IMG/VR virus record: IMGVR_UViG_3300036805_000091 | Span: 1-45,989 of that record | Origin: a virus | Lineage: Duplodnaviria; Caudoviricetes | Direction: 5' to 3' (one strand) | Length of the DNA stretch: 45,989 bases | In this document: piece after piece, positions 17,604 through 26,969 of the stretch | Layout of the letters: every line of letters starts with the position of its first letter | Numbering within the stretch: the first letter of the stretch is position 1 | Notes under the pieces: generated by a model | Told to the model about the DNA's origin: nothing | The model's database searches: none | What the model saw: only the letters and a program-made list of their open reading frames with translations | Translations under genes and position numbers: made by a program

Positions 17604-18155
17604 ATGAATGAACTCGATACCTTCTTCGCCGGAGGCGGCAAGGCGCTCTCGTTCGGCGCGGCAGGGTCTCAGGAGTGGCTCGGCAAGATCCGGGGTGGCG
17701 AGATCGTCTCCATCTCGGAGCCGGTGCAGCAGACCGACATGACCACCAGCGTTCCGCTCACGTGGCCGTCCGGTCAGCCGAAGCTCCAGGTGCTGATCAC
17801 GCTCGACACCACCAAGGGCGATCATCCCGAGCAGGATGACCAGGAGGACGACGGACTTCGCACGCTCTATGTCAAAAGCGGCGTTCAGATCGCCATCCGG
17901 GACGCCCTGAAGAAGGCCGGTGCCGTCGCACCTGAGGTCGGCGGCAGGCTGTATGTCGCTTTCACGAGCGAGACAGCACCCAAGACGAAGGGCTTCAACC
18001 CAAGGCGCAACTTCGCCGCTCAGTACACCAAGCCGGTGGCTGCCCAGCAGGGTGAGTTCTTCGGACAGGCCCCCGTGGCCGCACCGGAGCCTCAGCGTGA
18101 GCCCGTCCAGGCGCAGGCCCCGGCTGAGCAGAAGGTATTCAACCCGTTCAACTGA
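17604..18155 (+). CDS. Probable single-stranded DNA-binding protein
   Basis: Beta-rich OB-like core, low-complexity tail ending NPFN; follows the exonuclease. Confidence 0.65.
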   Translation: MNELDTFFAGGGKALSFGAAGSQEWLGKIRGGEIVSISEPVQQTDMTTSVPLTWPSGQPKLQVLITLDTTKGDHPEQDDQEDDGLRTLYVKSGVQIAIRDALKKAGAVAPEVGGRLYVAFTSETAPKTKGFNPRRNFAAQYTKPVAAQQGEFFGQAPVAAPEPQREPVQAQAPAEQKVFNPFN

Positions 18156-18172
18156 ATGATCCACTGACGGTA

Positions 18173-18220
18173 GCGGCGCTGGGGTGTCCACTTAGACCCC
18201 CGGTGTCGTTATCTTTTTGT
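18173..18220 (+). terminator. Intrinsic terminator after the replication operon
   Basis: GCGGCGCTGGGG..CCCCGGTGTCGT stem (with G-U pairs) followed by ATCTTTTTGT. Confidence 0.65.
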
Positions 18221-18241
18221 GTCCTGCCACCAAGCGACAAG

Positions 18242-18254
18242 AGGGTACAGTAAG
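18242..18254 (+). promoter_or_regulatory. Promoter-like box AGGGTACAGTAAG (-10 TACAGT)
   Basis: Identical 13-mer on the minus strand at 10798-10810, also upstream of an operon start. Confidence 0.55.
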
Positions 18255-18286
18255 AGACAGCACCACTGGACTCCATCAAAGGAGAG

Positions 18287-18475
18287 TTGATCATGACTAT
18301 CACCGCTCACGATATCAAGCGTCAGGTACTTGAGACGCTGGACGGATGGTCCGATGAGCACGACGTGGACGGCATCGTCTCCGAGTGCATCGACAAGTTC
18401 GGCCGGTGCGACATCAGCGACGTCCCTTCCGACTACTGGAACGTTGTCTACAATCACAGACTGACATCGGAATGA
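18287..18475 (+). CDS. Hypothetical protein
   Basis: RBS AAGGAG; 62 aa. Confidence 0.7.
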   Translation: MIMTITAHDIKRQVLETLDGWSDEHDVDGIVSECIDKFGRCDISDVPSDYWNVVYNHRLTSE

Positions 18476-18780
18476 GCACCACTCCCGATTGGCAGAACCT
18501 GATCTTCGAGGCTGCTACCGAGCATGGATGGCGACTGGCTCCCGATGCGGAGCACAATCAGTGGACGTTCTACCGTCCGGGGTACTTCTCGGTAGCCGTG
18601 ACGTTCGGCGACAAGACCAGCCGGGTCACCGCGCTAGAGCTCGGCCCGATAGCCCTCGGCCGCGACGCCGCCTTCAAGGCACCGCTGGCGATCCAGGTCT
18701 TGTCCAACGACACGCTGAAGCGCCAGCCCGGCGTTGAGGTCCCCTACGTCGTCTATCAACCGGTAGAGAAAGCTGCCTGA
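18472..18780 (+). CDS. Hypothetical protein (MSTTPDWQ...)
   Basis: ATGA overlap. Confidence 0.65.
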   Translation: MSTTPDWQNLIFEAATEHGWRLAPDAEHNQWTFYRPGYFSVAVTFGDKTSRVTALELGPIALGRDAAFKAPLAIQVLSNDTLKRQPGVEVPYVVYQPVEKAA

Positions 18781-18782
18781 TC

Positions 18783-19052
18783 ATGCCTGTCCGGATGGCA
18801 ATCCCGCTGCCCGGTCCGTTCTACTGGGTCCCCCGGCGCCGGGTCCGGCGGCCGGTATGGCCAAGCCTGTCGTTGGTGGCGTGGACGATCATCGCCGCTG
18901 CGCTCCTGCTCGTCGTTGCGGTGCTGGCAGCCTGCGCCTGGGCGCTGATGCTGCTGGTGCTCCTGCTCGTCGCCATCGGCCGTGGCCGTACTGCCCGCTG
19001 GGCACTGCACACAGCCAACCATCTGATCACCACAGGAAGGGTCGCACCATGA
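18783..19052 (+). CDS. Membrane protein
   Basis: Long hydrophobic stretch after a basic N-terminus. Confidence 0.6.
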   Translation: MPVRMAIPLPGPFYWVPRRRVRRPVWPSLSLVAWTIIAAALLLVVAVLAACAWALMLLVLLLVAIGRGRTARWALHTANHLITTGRVAP

Positions 19053-19216
19053 GCCGGGACGACGACAATAGAGACGCCGTCAAAAAGGCGTTCGGCAATC
19101 ATGCGGCCGACAAGGACTGGAACGCCAAGCGCAAGAGCGGGGGCTGCCTGATGGTGCTCCTGCCGGTGGCGGCCGCCGTGGCGACGCTAGCCGCCGCGCT
19201 TCACCGCACGAGCTGA
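19049..19216 (+). CDS. Small membrane-anchored protein
   Basis: ATGA overlap; C-terminal hydrophobic helix after KSGGC. Confidence 0.55.
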   Translation: MSRDDDNRDAVKKAFGNHAADKDWNAKRKSGGCLMVLLPVAAAVATLAAALHRTS

Positions 19217-19740
19217 GGATCCGCCAGGGTGGCGGGTGCTGTGCCCCGGTAGAAGCTCACCGCGGTCACGGAACCGGTGCTGTCCACGTCGCTGACCCGG
19301 CCGAGCAGTACCTGTCCGCCGGGCTCATCCCGGAACCGGACGATCGTCCCCAGACGGACGCCAGGCCGCCGGATTTCCGCAAGAGCGGCCATGGGCAGCA
19401 CGCGAGCGGCAAGCGATATCGCGCCGCACTCGATGATGGATCCGTCATCCAGCATGACGGACAGCGTTTCAGCGGCCTGGTAGGCCGACCGGAGCTCCTG
19501 GATGAGTGCGGCGTCATGACCATCGCTGAGGTACGGGCTGTCGGCAGGACGGCCACAGCACACACAGATAACGGGATCCAGTACGTAGTCAGCGACCGGC
19601 TCGGCTGTGGGTTCGGGCATCACTGGCAGCTCGTCCCAGTCCTGGCCGTCGTCAGCGTCGACATCACTCGACGCGTCGTAGTCGTCGGTCTCGGCCGGGT
19701 CGGCCACGGCGGGCGCGGGTATTCCTACTGATCTCGGCAT
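19201..19740 (-). CDS. Hypothetical protein (acidic N-terminus, CxCCG...GHDA motif)
   Basis: ATG 19740 lies 7 nt after -10 TAAGAT; divergent from the XRE gene. Confidence 0.65.
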   Translation of the reverse strand: MPRSVGIPAPAVADPAETDDYDASSDVDADDGQDWDELPVMPEPTAEPVADYVLDPVICVCCGRPADSPYLSDGHDAALIQELRSAYQAAETLSVMLDDGSIIECGAISLAARVLPMAALAEIRRPGVRLGTIVRFRDEPGGQVLLGRVSDVDSTGSVTAVSFYRGTAPATLADPQLVR

Positions 19741-19749
19741 ACACCGCAT

Positions 19750-19766
19750 CTTACCAGAATGGTAGA
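19750..19766. promoter_or_regulatory. Operator CTTACCA-GAA-TGGTAGA overlapping two back-to-back leaderless promoters
   Basis: TGGTAGACT 6 nt before ATG 19775 (+); TGGTAAGAT 7 nt before ATG 19740 (-). Confidence 0.75.
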
Positions 19767-19774
19767 CTACGCCC

Positions 19775-20005
19775 ATGGAAAGCCGACACCGTATCACCAA
19801 CGACCAGATAGCCAGCCTGATCGGAACGTCCTTTGTGTCCGTATCACGGTTCCGGACCGGGACCCGGACACCCGGCACTGACCTTATGGTGCGCATTGAA
19901 TCGGCTCTGGCATGGCCGGTGGCCGACCAGATCACCGCTCGCCAGCAGGGCACCTACGCGGCCGAGTTCCAGGCACGCATCGACGCTCTGGCCGAGCTGC
20001 TGTAG
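19775..20005 (+). CDS. XRE-family HTH transcriptional regulator
   Basis: ITNDQIASLIGTSFVSVSRFRTGTRTPGTDLMVRIESAL. Confidence 0.85.
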   Translation: MESRHRITNDQIASLIGTSFVSVSRFRTGTRTPGTDLMVRIESALAWPVADQITARQQGTYAAEFQARIDALAELL

Positions 20006-20071
20006 ACACATCCGCCCGGACCAGGGGGAGTCGGGAACGGGCGGTCCGGGCGGATGCCAGATGCGCGGCTG

Positions 20072-20266
20072 CTATGCCGAGTGCCGACTCTCGGCGCTGC
20101 TGCGCATCCCAGGCACACGGCCCGCGCGGTTCATCGCGCTGAGCACAGCGTCAACCCGCACGTGCGTGCCGTGTGCCTCGCTTACTGACCGGCACAGATC
20201 AGCCACGGCATGCACCATCGCGGACAGCCGGGTCAGATCATCCTGGGGTATCTCGGCACGGGTCAT
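20072..20266 (-). CDS. Hypothetical protein
   Basis: 64 aa at the end of the late operon. Confidence 0.5.
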   Translation of the reverse strand: MTRAEIPQDDLTRLSAMVHAVADLCRSVSEAHGTHVRVDAVLSAMNRAGRVPGMRSSAESRHSA

Positions 20267-20268
20267 GG

Positions 20269-20517
20269 CTACGGCGCGGCGTGCGTCTCGGCAGGCTTCT
20301 CCGCGTCCTGCGCTACGGTCACCGCGGCAGTCTCCGCCTCCGTCGTTACCTCAGCCGCGTCGGTCTTGGCCTCGCCCAGCAGCGACGTCACGTGCGTCTT
20401 GATATCCGCCAGCAGGTTGCGGATGTGCGTGGCCGCGTCGCCGCCGACCTCTTCCACCTTGGCCGTGGCCTGGTCGATCAGCGCGTGCAGCTGGCTGAGG
20501 CTCGTCAGGTCCGTCAT
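20269..20517 (-). CDS. Hypothetical helical protein (MTDLTSLSQL...)
   Basis: RBS AAGGAG upstream of the internal ATG. Confidence 0.65.
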   Translation of the reverse strand: MTDLTSLSQLHALIDQATAKVEEVGGDAATHIRNLLADIKTHVTSLLGEAKTDAAEVTTEAETAAVTVAQDAEKPAETHAAP

Positions 20518-20527
20518 GGTCGTCTCC

Positions 20528-20809
20528 TTATCGGGTCGCATGCTTGGCAAGCCATCCGGATACGAATGCCACGGCACCCGGCACGAGGACATCCACCACT
20601 CCCTCAACAGGCGCGGGGAGCGCCCCCCGGAACACGTACGTCGTCAGCACCCACACAACGGCGGCCGAGAGCACCGTACCAGCCGTCGCGGCCGTCACCT
20701 TGGGTTCGATCCGGGACGAGCTGACCGGAGCCGCAGGCGTGACCACAGGGGGAACCGGGCTAATCTCGGTCCAGGGGTTGCCGGGCTCACCGGTGGCCGG
20801 CCCCGTCAC
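20528..20809 (-). CDS. Holin (2 TM)
   Basis: GTGA overlap with the endolysin stop; IEPKVTAATAG...GWLAKH resembles actinophage holins. Confidence 0.7.
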   Translation of the reverse strand: MTGPATGEPGNPWTEISPVPPVVTPAAPVSSSRIEPKVTAATAGTVLSAAVVWVLTTYVFRGALPAPVEGVVDVLVPGAVAFVSGWLAKHATR

Positions 20810-21609
20810 TTCACCTCTCCCGTCCCGGAGATGGTGAACGAACCGGACAGCGCGCTGGTGGGCAGCGCGGCGATCGCGGTCTGCACAGCCGTCAGGGTGG
20901 CGACGGCGTTGTCCAGGTCGGTCTTCTCCGCACCCACCTGAGCGGCGATGCTGCCCACCGTGGTGGCCAGGGCGGCCAGTGCCTTGGTCAGTGCCGCCAG
21001 CAGCGCCACGCTCTGCCAGCCCGCGTCGTTGTTGCCCCACAGGGTCTGCCCGACCGACACGGCGTTGCCGTTCTTGTCGGTTGCAGGCTGGCCCTGGTAG
21101 TTGGTCATCCGGTCGCTGAGCTCCACTTCGGGTACCTCCTGTGAGTCGACACCGGGCCAGCTGTCGGCGACGATGCTGAGGTCATACGGGCCAGGGTCGG
21201 CGTACTGCTTGGCCACGGCGGTGATGCCGTTGAGCGTCGGCAGGGACTGCACCCCGTCGTAATGCGCGATCCAGTAGTGCGGCTGTGCTACCCCCGCCGA
21301 ACTGAACGCGGCTTGCACTCCAGGCCATGAGCTCGCGCTGCAGTAGACGGTCGGATCGGCACCGGAAGCCCGACGCGTCTTCACCCACGAGACGGCCTGT
21401 GCGGCCGTCAGGTCGCCGGTCTCGCAGTCGCACACCTGACCGGCGTTGGTGCCGGTCGTGCTGATCTGCACCTTGACGGCGGCCGGGAACCGTGCCCAGT
21501 TGGCTGCAGACCAGGTGTAGTGGACGGAATCGATATACCCGGCGACGAGCTGAGCGTTAGCCGGAATGTTGCCGGCCAGGCCCGGTACCGCGTCGTACAT
21601 TAGTCTCAT
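20806..21609 (-). CDS. Endolysin, GH25/DUF1906-like muramidase
   Basis: MYDA...AGYID...CDCETGD (DxE)...PTVYCS...YWIAHYDG...AKQY...YDLS; flanked by membrane genes. Confidence 0.8.
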   Translation of the reverse strand: MRLMYDAVPGLAGNIPANAQLVAGYIDSVHYTWSAANWARFPAAVKVQISTTGTNAGQVCDCETGDLTAAQAVSWVKTRRASGADPTVYCSASSWPGVQAAFSSAGVAQPHYWIAHYDGVQSLPTLNGITAVAKQYADPGPYDLSIVADSWPGVDSQEVPEVELSDRMTNYQGQPATDKNGNAVSVGQTLWGNNDAGWQSVALLAALTKALAALATTVGSIAAQVGAEKTDLDNAVATLTAVQTAIAALPTSALSGSFTISGTGEVK

Positions 21610-21922
21610 TGCGCGAGATCACCCTCTCAACGTCGGCAGCTTTTGGGGCGCGCAAATCCAGGATACTGTTTGCCTGCCAAAGTAGCTGGACTGCGGTGAA
21701 GACGGCCAGACTGACCACCGGGAAATCGTCCCGCGCGATCAGGGTCATAGTGCCGAGACCAACATAGACAGCGGCCGCGATCAGGCGGCAGCCAATAGTC
21801 CGGACTGTGCGGTCCCGGATCGGTCCGGCGAGGTGGTAGGCCCGGACGAAGGCGCGGCCTTGGGTGACCACCGACAGCAGCGAGACGGCCAGGAACAGCA
21901 GCGACAGGATGTTCTCGGTCAT
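21557..21922 (-). CDS. Three-TM membrane protein (lysis region)
   Basis: MTENILSLLFLAVSLL...; ATGA overlap. Confidence 0.65.
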   Translation of the reverse strand: MTENILSLLFLAVSLLSVVTQGRAFVRAYHLAGPIRDRTVRTIGCRLIAAAVYVGLGTMTLIARDDFPVVSLAVFTAVQLLWQANSILDLRAPKAADVERVISRNETNVRRGTGPGRQHSG

Positions 21923-22230
21923 TGACTGCGTCCCGGACTGATCAGGCGCTGCAAGGTCCGGACTTCCTGTTCCAGCTCTGAGATCCGGTCCCGCGCGGAC
22001 TTGAGCTGGGCGTTGTACTCGGTCCGGATGTCGGCGATCTGCGTGCGGTAGCGCTGCTCGGTCTCGTCGAGCTGCCCGCGCAGGGCCGAGTTCAATCCCT
22101 GCCAGCTTGTCACGTCGGCCATGTCCAAGTCGCCCCGCTCCTTGCGCCTGGCCAGCCACAGCGGAATCGCGATCGACCCGATCAGCGCGGTGACCCCGGC
22201 AAGGATGGCGGTCAGGTCGGTCGGACTCAT
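21919..22230 (-). CDS. N-terminal TM plus coiled-coil protein (lysis region)
   Basis: TM then heptad-rich region. Confidence 0.7.
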   Translation of the reverse strand: MSPTDLTAILAGVTALIGSIAIPLWLARRKERGDLDMADVTSWQGLNSALRGQLDETEQRYRTQIADIRTEYNAQLKSARDRISELEQEVRTLQRLISPGRSQ

Positions 22231-22640
22231 GCGTGCGTCCCTCCTCGGCGAGCGATCGACGCCACACGCAGCGATCTCAGTTCCAGGTAGAGATAGGCCG
22301 ACCAGGACGCGACATTCACGATGGTGGTTCCGTCATCGGTGATGTACCGGACGACGAATGCCGCCAGCCATGCCGTGACGAGGATGATCCCTATCGTGTG
22401 CGTGATCGTGGTCAGCAGTTGCTTTCGGAACCAGAGCTCGCATCCATGCAGCACGGCAACCGCGCTGTAGGCGATACCCCACCCCCAGGCGGGCAGGACG
22501 TTCAGTAGATTAGCATAAGACGGAGTGTTACTGTATCGATCAGGCTGCACGATCAGCGTGACGCCGATGGCAGTCAAGATCAGAATCAGCATTCCCGCGT
22601 GCGCGATAGGTTCAGCGACATGCCTCGGTAGACGAGCCAT
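22227..22640 (-). CDS. Four-TM membrane protein (holin-like)
   Basis: RBS GGAGG; four hydrophobic helices. Confidence 0.65.
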   Translation of the reverse strand: MARLPRHVAEPIAHAGMLILILTAIGVTLIVQPDRYSNTPSYANLLNVLPAWGWGIAYSAVAVLHGCELWFRKQLLTTITHTIGIILVTAWLAAFVVRYITDDGTTIVNVASWSAYLYLELRSLRVASIARRGGTHA

Positions 22641-22708
22641 GACGCCTCCCTTCCTGTCGCCCCTGTGACTCATATGGTAACACCCCGTAGCCGATTGAAG
22701 GCTTTCTA

Positions 22709-23023
22709 CTAGGCTGGCCAGGGAGCGGCAGGCGAGTAGTTCAGACGAGCCTGCGCTTCCGTCATAGTCAACGGGTTGGGACCGGCTTGCGGAATACCGG
22801 TTCCAGTAACAATCCTAAATGCCGTATTGGAATAGTACGTCACACTGTTATCCGGGTGATCCGCCCATGACAGAATCACAGACCCCGAGTCGTATGTCAC
22901 TGTAGGGGCAGAACCAAAAGCTACTATAGTCTGAAAGAACGTAGTCCATGCCGGGCTGTTCGTGCCGTCCCACAGCACCCAATAGGTAACGGGCACTGCG
23001 GCAATCGGAGTAGGGTCGGCCAT
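22709..23023 (-). CDS. Hypothetical tail-associated protein
   Basis: RBS AAGGAG; follows the tail-tip genes. Confidence 0.6.
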   Translation of the reverse strand: MADPTPIAAVPVTYWVLWDGTNSPAWTTFFQTIVAFGSAPTVTYDSGSVILSWADHPDNSVTYYSNTAFRIVTGTGIPQAGPNPLTMTEAQARLNYSPAAPWPA

Positions 23024-23036
23024 CGTCGAGCTCCTT

Positions 23037-23570
23037 TTAATTGGGATTCCGGTAGAACGTTACGTGCGGCAGCATCTTGGTGGTGGTCAGGCTCTGCGCC
23101 GTCGAAGAGTAGATCCAGAAGTACAGCACCGTAGATCCAGAAGAAAGTACTTGGATATTGAGTGCCACTGCCGAGACGCCAGCTGTCAGTGCGCCGCCAC
23201 CGTAGGCGAGCACGCTAGCTGCCCCTACATGATCCGGATCGGTGTTCGACGAAGTGATGCCTCCGGTCAGCGCCCCTGATCCAGATAGCGCACCCATACC
23301 TACCGTCCATACCCCAGTAGCGAGTGTGAACGACGTGCCCGACCCACCCACAGTAATTCCGTTACTTGCCGTTACGGTGGTCGCGAATGGGATTGCGTTC
23401 CATGACGCTGACGTGGTTAGCGATGTGCTTGTGCCGGTGTACAGGCCATAGGACCCGAGCCCGGTGGCGAGGTAGTTGATGTTGTCCGTATAGGGCTGGA
23501 GATCCGTCGTCTGCACGTTGTACGGCAGCGTGACGCCGGACCAGTTCGTCATCCCATCGGGCAGCGCCAT
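23037..23570 (-). CDS. Minor tail / receptor-binding protein
   Basis: Thr/Ser/Gly-rich beta protein after the large tail-tip gene. Confidence 0.6.
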   Translation of the reverse strand: MALPDGMTNWSGVTLPYNVQTTDLQPYTDNINYLATGLGSYGLYTGTSTSLTTSASWNAIPFATTVTASNGITVGGSGTSFTLATGVWTVGMGALSGSGALTGGITSSNTDPDHVGAASVLAYGGGALTAGVSAVALNIQVLSSGSTVLYFWIYSSTAQSLTTTKMLPHVTFYRNPN

Positions 23571-23580
23571 GGCGGCATCC

Positions 23581-26073
23581 TCACTTCACCAGGATCGTGG
23601 TCGGGTGCGTACCGCCCATGATCGATTTGTCGGCAGTGCCCAGCATCCAGCCGCCGGGCAGATTGCGGATCCGCATGGTCAGAGTGTCCTTGAGCCCGTT
23701 GCTCTTGTCCCAGGCCCGGACCATCCCGGATACGGCGGCGATCAGCGTGGTGCCGGTGTACTGCGAGTCCTGCAGCGTCCAGACGTCCCCGAGCTGGATC
23801 CGGGGGTCGCCCACGATCGGCACGTTCTGCAACTGCGGCACCGGCGCCCGCAAGTCCGCCAGCACGCTCTTGGCCACGTACCCGATCGCCCCGGTATGCT
23901 GCGCCCAGGCGCTGGGCACCAGGTCCAGCGAGCGCCATCCGTAGCTGGCCTTGGACTGGTTATCCGACAAGGTGTTCGCCACGGCCGTGTTCAGCACCAG
24001 CGGCCAGCCCGGCACCAGCAGGCAGGGCGTTGCCGTACCGGGTGCCGACGTCACGTAGCCCAGCAGCACCGGCACCGAATTGGTGTTGGTGACCGACATG
24101 GTGAAGTAACGGCCGTTGCGCCCGGCCTGGATCACGACCGTGACACCCGAGGTAATCTGCGCCCCGGTATTCGCATTGCAGACCGTGTACCCGTTGACGA
24201 TGCCCTGGGTGTTCGGCGGCCAGGTAACACCCACGATCGCAGCCGACAGCGTGAAGGTGCTGACCTCCACAAGAGTCTGGCTCAGCGGGATCTGCCAGGT
24301 GTAGGTCGAGTTGGCCAGCACCGGGAACAGGGTCGCGCTGGGACTGGACCACGCGATCGCAGGCTCGTAGGTACCCTGTGCCGCACCACCGTTGCTGCCT
24401 GCCTGCGTGGTGTAGTTGATGATGTTCCTGATGCCGTCCCAGTTGGACACGTAGGACAGATCCAGCAGGTTGTCGACGGTCAGGGTGCCAACGCTGGCGC
24501 CGGACTGATACCCGGCCTGGATCTGGGTCCGGCTGCGGAAGGTGATCGTGCCGGTCTCGGTCGCGTAGATCACTCCGAGTTCGGTATTCACGATCTGCTG
24601 CAAGGTAGTCCACGAGTTGGCCTGGTTCACGTCCGGCAGGAAGTACAGCCAGTTATTGCCCAGCGTGATGTCGCTAACCCCGTAGTTGGTATTGGGAAGC
24701 CTCGGCCATGGCTGCGCACCCGCGCCGACCCCGATGTACTGGTTGTACCAGACCTGCACATGCTGGACCTTCAAGCCGTCCGGGATGAGCGACGTGAATC
24801 CGTTGATGTACTTGGTACCCACGGACGGGTAAGCACCGGACCCGATGCTGTCCGATACCTCGGTACCGTCGAAGTTCCACATACAGGTAACTGCCGAGGC
24901 GCCGAACAGAACCGCGACACCCACGTAGTGCCAAGCGCCGGTGGTGATGCTGTGCAGGCTGCTGCTGGCGGCGAAGCCGGTGCCCACCAGGTGCGCGTGC
25001 ACCGGGCTGTAGCCTCCGGACGCGGTATCGAATACCAGCTGGAGATAGAATGACGGGCCTGCACTCCTATCCAGGTTGATAGTAACGGTCGCATGAGGTC
25101 CCACAACGTAGTTATTCGGTATGTACACCCACAGCCCGCAGCCAATCGCGGGCAAGGTCGAGTAGGCGGAATCAACCTGGAGTGGGATAGCGCTATCGGC
25201 AAAGGTCTGGATATCCACGCCGGACGTGCCATCGAAGCACAGCCCGTACTGGCCTTGGGTCCACATCTTGCTCTGGTCGAAATAGGCCCCAGTCGGTGCC
25301 GTGACCCACTCGATCGAGTTCCAGACCGTGGTGCCGACGTTGGCGACGGCGCTACCGGCCATCGTCCAGTGCACGCCGCAGGTGGAGTTGGTCGGGTTGG
25401 TGCCCGTGGTGCCGACGGCAGGCGGTCCATTATAGAACGAATTGGCGCGGCAGATGTAGTCGATGCACCAGGCCGAGTTGAGCAGCACCGGGTCCTGGCC
25501 GACGCCCTGCTCGGCCGCCAGGGCGTTACCATCGGTGGACCAGACCGGGAAGATCACGCCAGCTTGCAAGAATGAGGACAAGTCCAGGCACTCGATCTGC
25601 ACCGTGTCGGCAGCCCGGTTCACGGTGACCGAGGCGACCTGGCCAAAGAACTGCTGAATCTGCACCGGTCCGGCCGATGTCGGCACGTTGACGAAGTACC
25701 GCGCCCGGACGCCCTCCCATTGCAGCGCGTACAACGGCGACTGGACATTGTAGCCGCCGAACAGCTGCGTCGCCTGGACGTTGGCACCGAACGCTGCGGT
25801 CTGCGCTGCGGTCGGCGAGATCAGCGGGATGGACCCTTCCAGCGTGACCATCAGCTGCGCCGTGGCGTAGCCCTCGATCAGCAGTACATCTTGCGGGATG
25901 TCGCCCTGTAGCTGCTCCTGGATCTGGACCGAGGACACCAGCACCGACAGGTCCGAGTAGGCATGATTGAACAGGCCGTTGCCATTCCAGTCGAACTGGA
26001 CCGTGACGCTGATGTCCCGGACCTGTCCTGGTGCGAGCGCGGCAGCGAGGGCCGTGTTCCCGGCGTACTGCAT
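23581..26073 (-). CDS. Large minor tail (hub/tip) protein with LamG/ConA-like insertion
   Basis: True start MQYAGN at 26073 (TGATG overlap); WHYVGVAV...WNFDG; GDPRIQLGDV hub-type C-terminus. Confidence 0.75.
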   Translation of the reverse strand: MQYAGNTALAAALAPGQVRDISVTVQFDWNGNGLFNHAYSDLSVLVSSVQIQEQLQGDIPQDVLLIEGYATAQLMVTLEGSIPLISPTAAQTAAFGANVQATQLFGGYNVQSPLYALQWEGVRARYFVNVPTSAGPVQIQQFFGQVASVTVNRAADTVQIECLDLSSFLQAGVIFPVWSTDGNALAAEQGVGQDPVLLNSAWCIDYICRANSFYNGPPAVGTTGTNPTNSTCGVHWTMAGSAVANVGTTVWNSIEWVTAPTGAYFDQSKMWTQGQYGLCFDGTSGVDIQTFADSAIPLQVDSAYSTLPAIGCGLWVYIPNNYVVGPHATVTINLDRSAGPSFYLQLVFDTASGGYSPVHAHLVGTGFAASSSLHSITTGAWHYVGVAVLFGASAVTCMWNFDGTEVSDSIGSGAYPSVGTKYINGFTSLIPDGLKVQHVQVWYNQYIGVGAGAQPWPRLPNTNYGVSDITLGNNWLYFLPDVNQANSWTTLQQIVNTELGVIYATETGTITFRSRTQIQAGYQSGASVGTLTVDNLLDLSYVSNWDGIRNIINYTTQAGSNGGAAQGTYEPAIAWSSPSATLFPVLANSTYTWQIPLSQTLVEVSTFTLSAAIVGVTWPPNTQGIVNGYTVCNANTGAQITSGVTVVIQAGRNGRYFTMSVTNTNSVPVLLGYVTSAPGTATPCLLVPGWPLVLNTAVANTLSDNQSKASYGWRSLDLVPSAWAQHTGAIGYVAKSVLADLRAPVPQLQNVPIVGDPRIQLGDVWTLQDSQYTGTTLIAAVSGMVRAWDKSNGLKDTLTMRIRNLPGGWMLGTADKSIMGGTHPTTILVK

Positions 26074-26966
26074 CAGACCTCCATCGCTGTCATGGCCACA
26101 GCCAGCCGGGCGCCGTCGACCTTGCCGTACCGGGGGTACTGGATCGTCATCGTCGGAATGATCACCTGCGGGAAGCCGTTGCCGAACGAGAAGGCCGACA
26201 TGGCCTGATCCATCTCCAGCTGCCAGCCGTAGGTGTTGGTGGTGCCCGCGCTCAGCGACTGGAGCCCGACCAATAGCGAGGCCGCACCGGAGATCGGGTA
26301 GTACACCGGCAGGGAGTACCGGGCCGGTGTGCTGGACAGGGTGACCGCGGTACCGGTGGTAGCGGTCAGGGCGCCGCCTGCCGCGTTGTAGGGCACCACG
26401 ATCAGCGACGCTGTGCCGGACCCCGAGGCGTACACGGACAGCGTGTAGTAGCTGCCCGCAACCACCGGCACCAGGCCCGACAGCAGGGTCTGTCCGGACG
26501 CCGTAGGGGTCCAGACCTGGCCACCGGGGATCAGGCCGCTGACGTCGGAGTGGATCGTTAGCGCGCTGGACCAGGCCAGGGTGCCAGCAGACGCGGTGAA
26601 CCCGGCAGTGCTCTGCCATTCCGAGCCGCCGGACGAGACCTGGTAGGACAGTGCGTTCTTGCGCCGGGCGTCCAGCAGATAGATCGAGCTGGACGACTGG
26701 AAGATCCGATAGCACGCCTCCAGCTGAGCCATGTCCGATTCATGCAGGTAGCCCCACTGGAACTGCCAAGATCTCTTGGTAGCAAATCGATCATAGGTCT
26801 GACGGCCGGACAGGCTAGTGTGCTGCACCCCCAGCATCACGGGAGTAGCCGCCGGGCTGGTGATCGACGGGCCGCCGATGGTGATCGCGCCTGGCTTCGT
26901 GAACGCAGGCAGCGCGGCCACCGACCCCAGTGGACCGAGGTAAAACCGGTACCGGTTGAGCGCCAC
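26073..26966 (-). CDS. Distal tail protein with carbohydrate-binding-like insertion
   Basis: Directly follows the tape measure; YTLSVYA...WQLE. Confidence 0.65.
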   Translation of the reverse strand: MALNRYRFYLGPLGSVAALPAFTKPGAITIGGPSITSPAATPVMLGVQHTSLSGRQTYDRFATKRSWQFQWGYLHESDMAQLEACYRIFQSSSSIYLLDARRKNALSYQVSSGGSEWQSTAGFTASAGTLAWSSALTIHSDVSGLIPGGQVWTPTASGQTLLSGLVPVVAGSYYTLSVYASGSGTASLIVVPYNAAGGALTATTGTAVTLSSTPARYSLPVYYPISGAASLLVGLQSLSAGTTNTYGWQLEMDQAMSAFSFGNGFPQVIIPTMTIQYPRYGKVDGARLAVAMTAMEV

Positions 26967-26969
26967 GGC

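Noticed and set aside
26074-26715. N-terminal 214 codons of the 1044-aa tail ORF
   Set aside because: Overlaps the distal tail gene out of frame and has non-protein-like composition; coupled ATG at 26073 is the likely start
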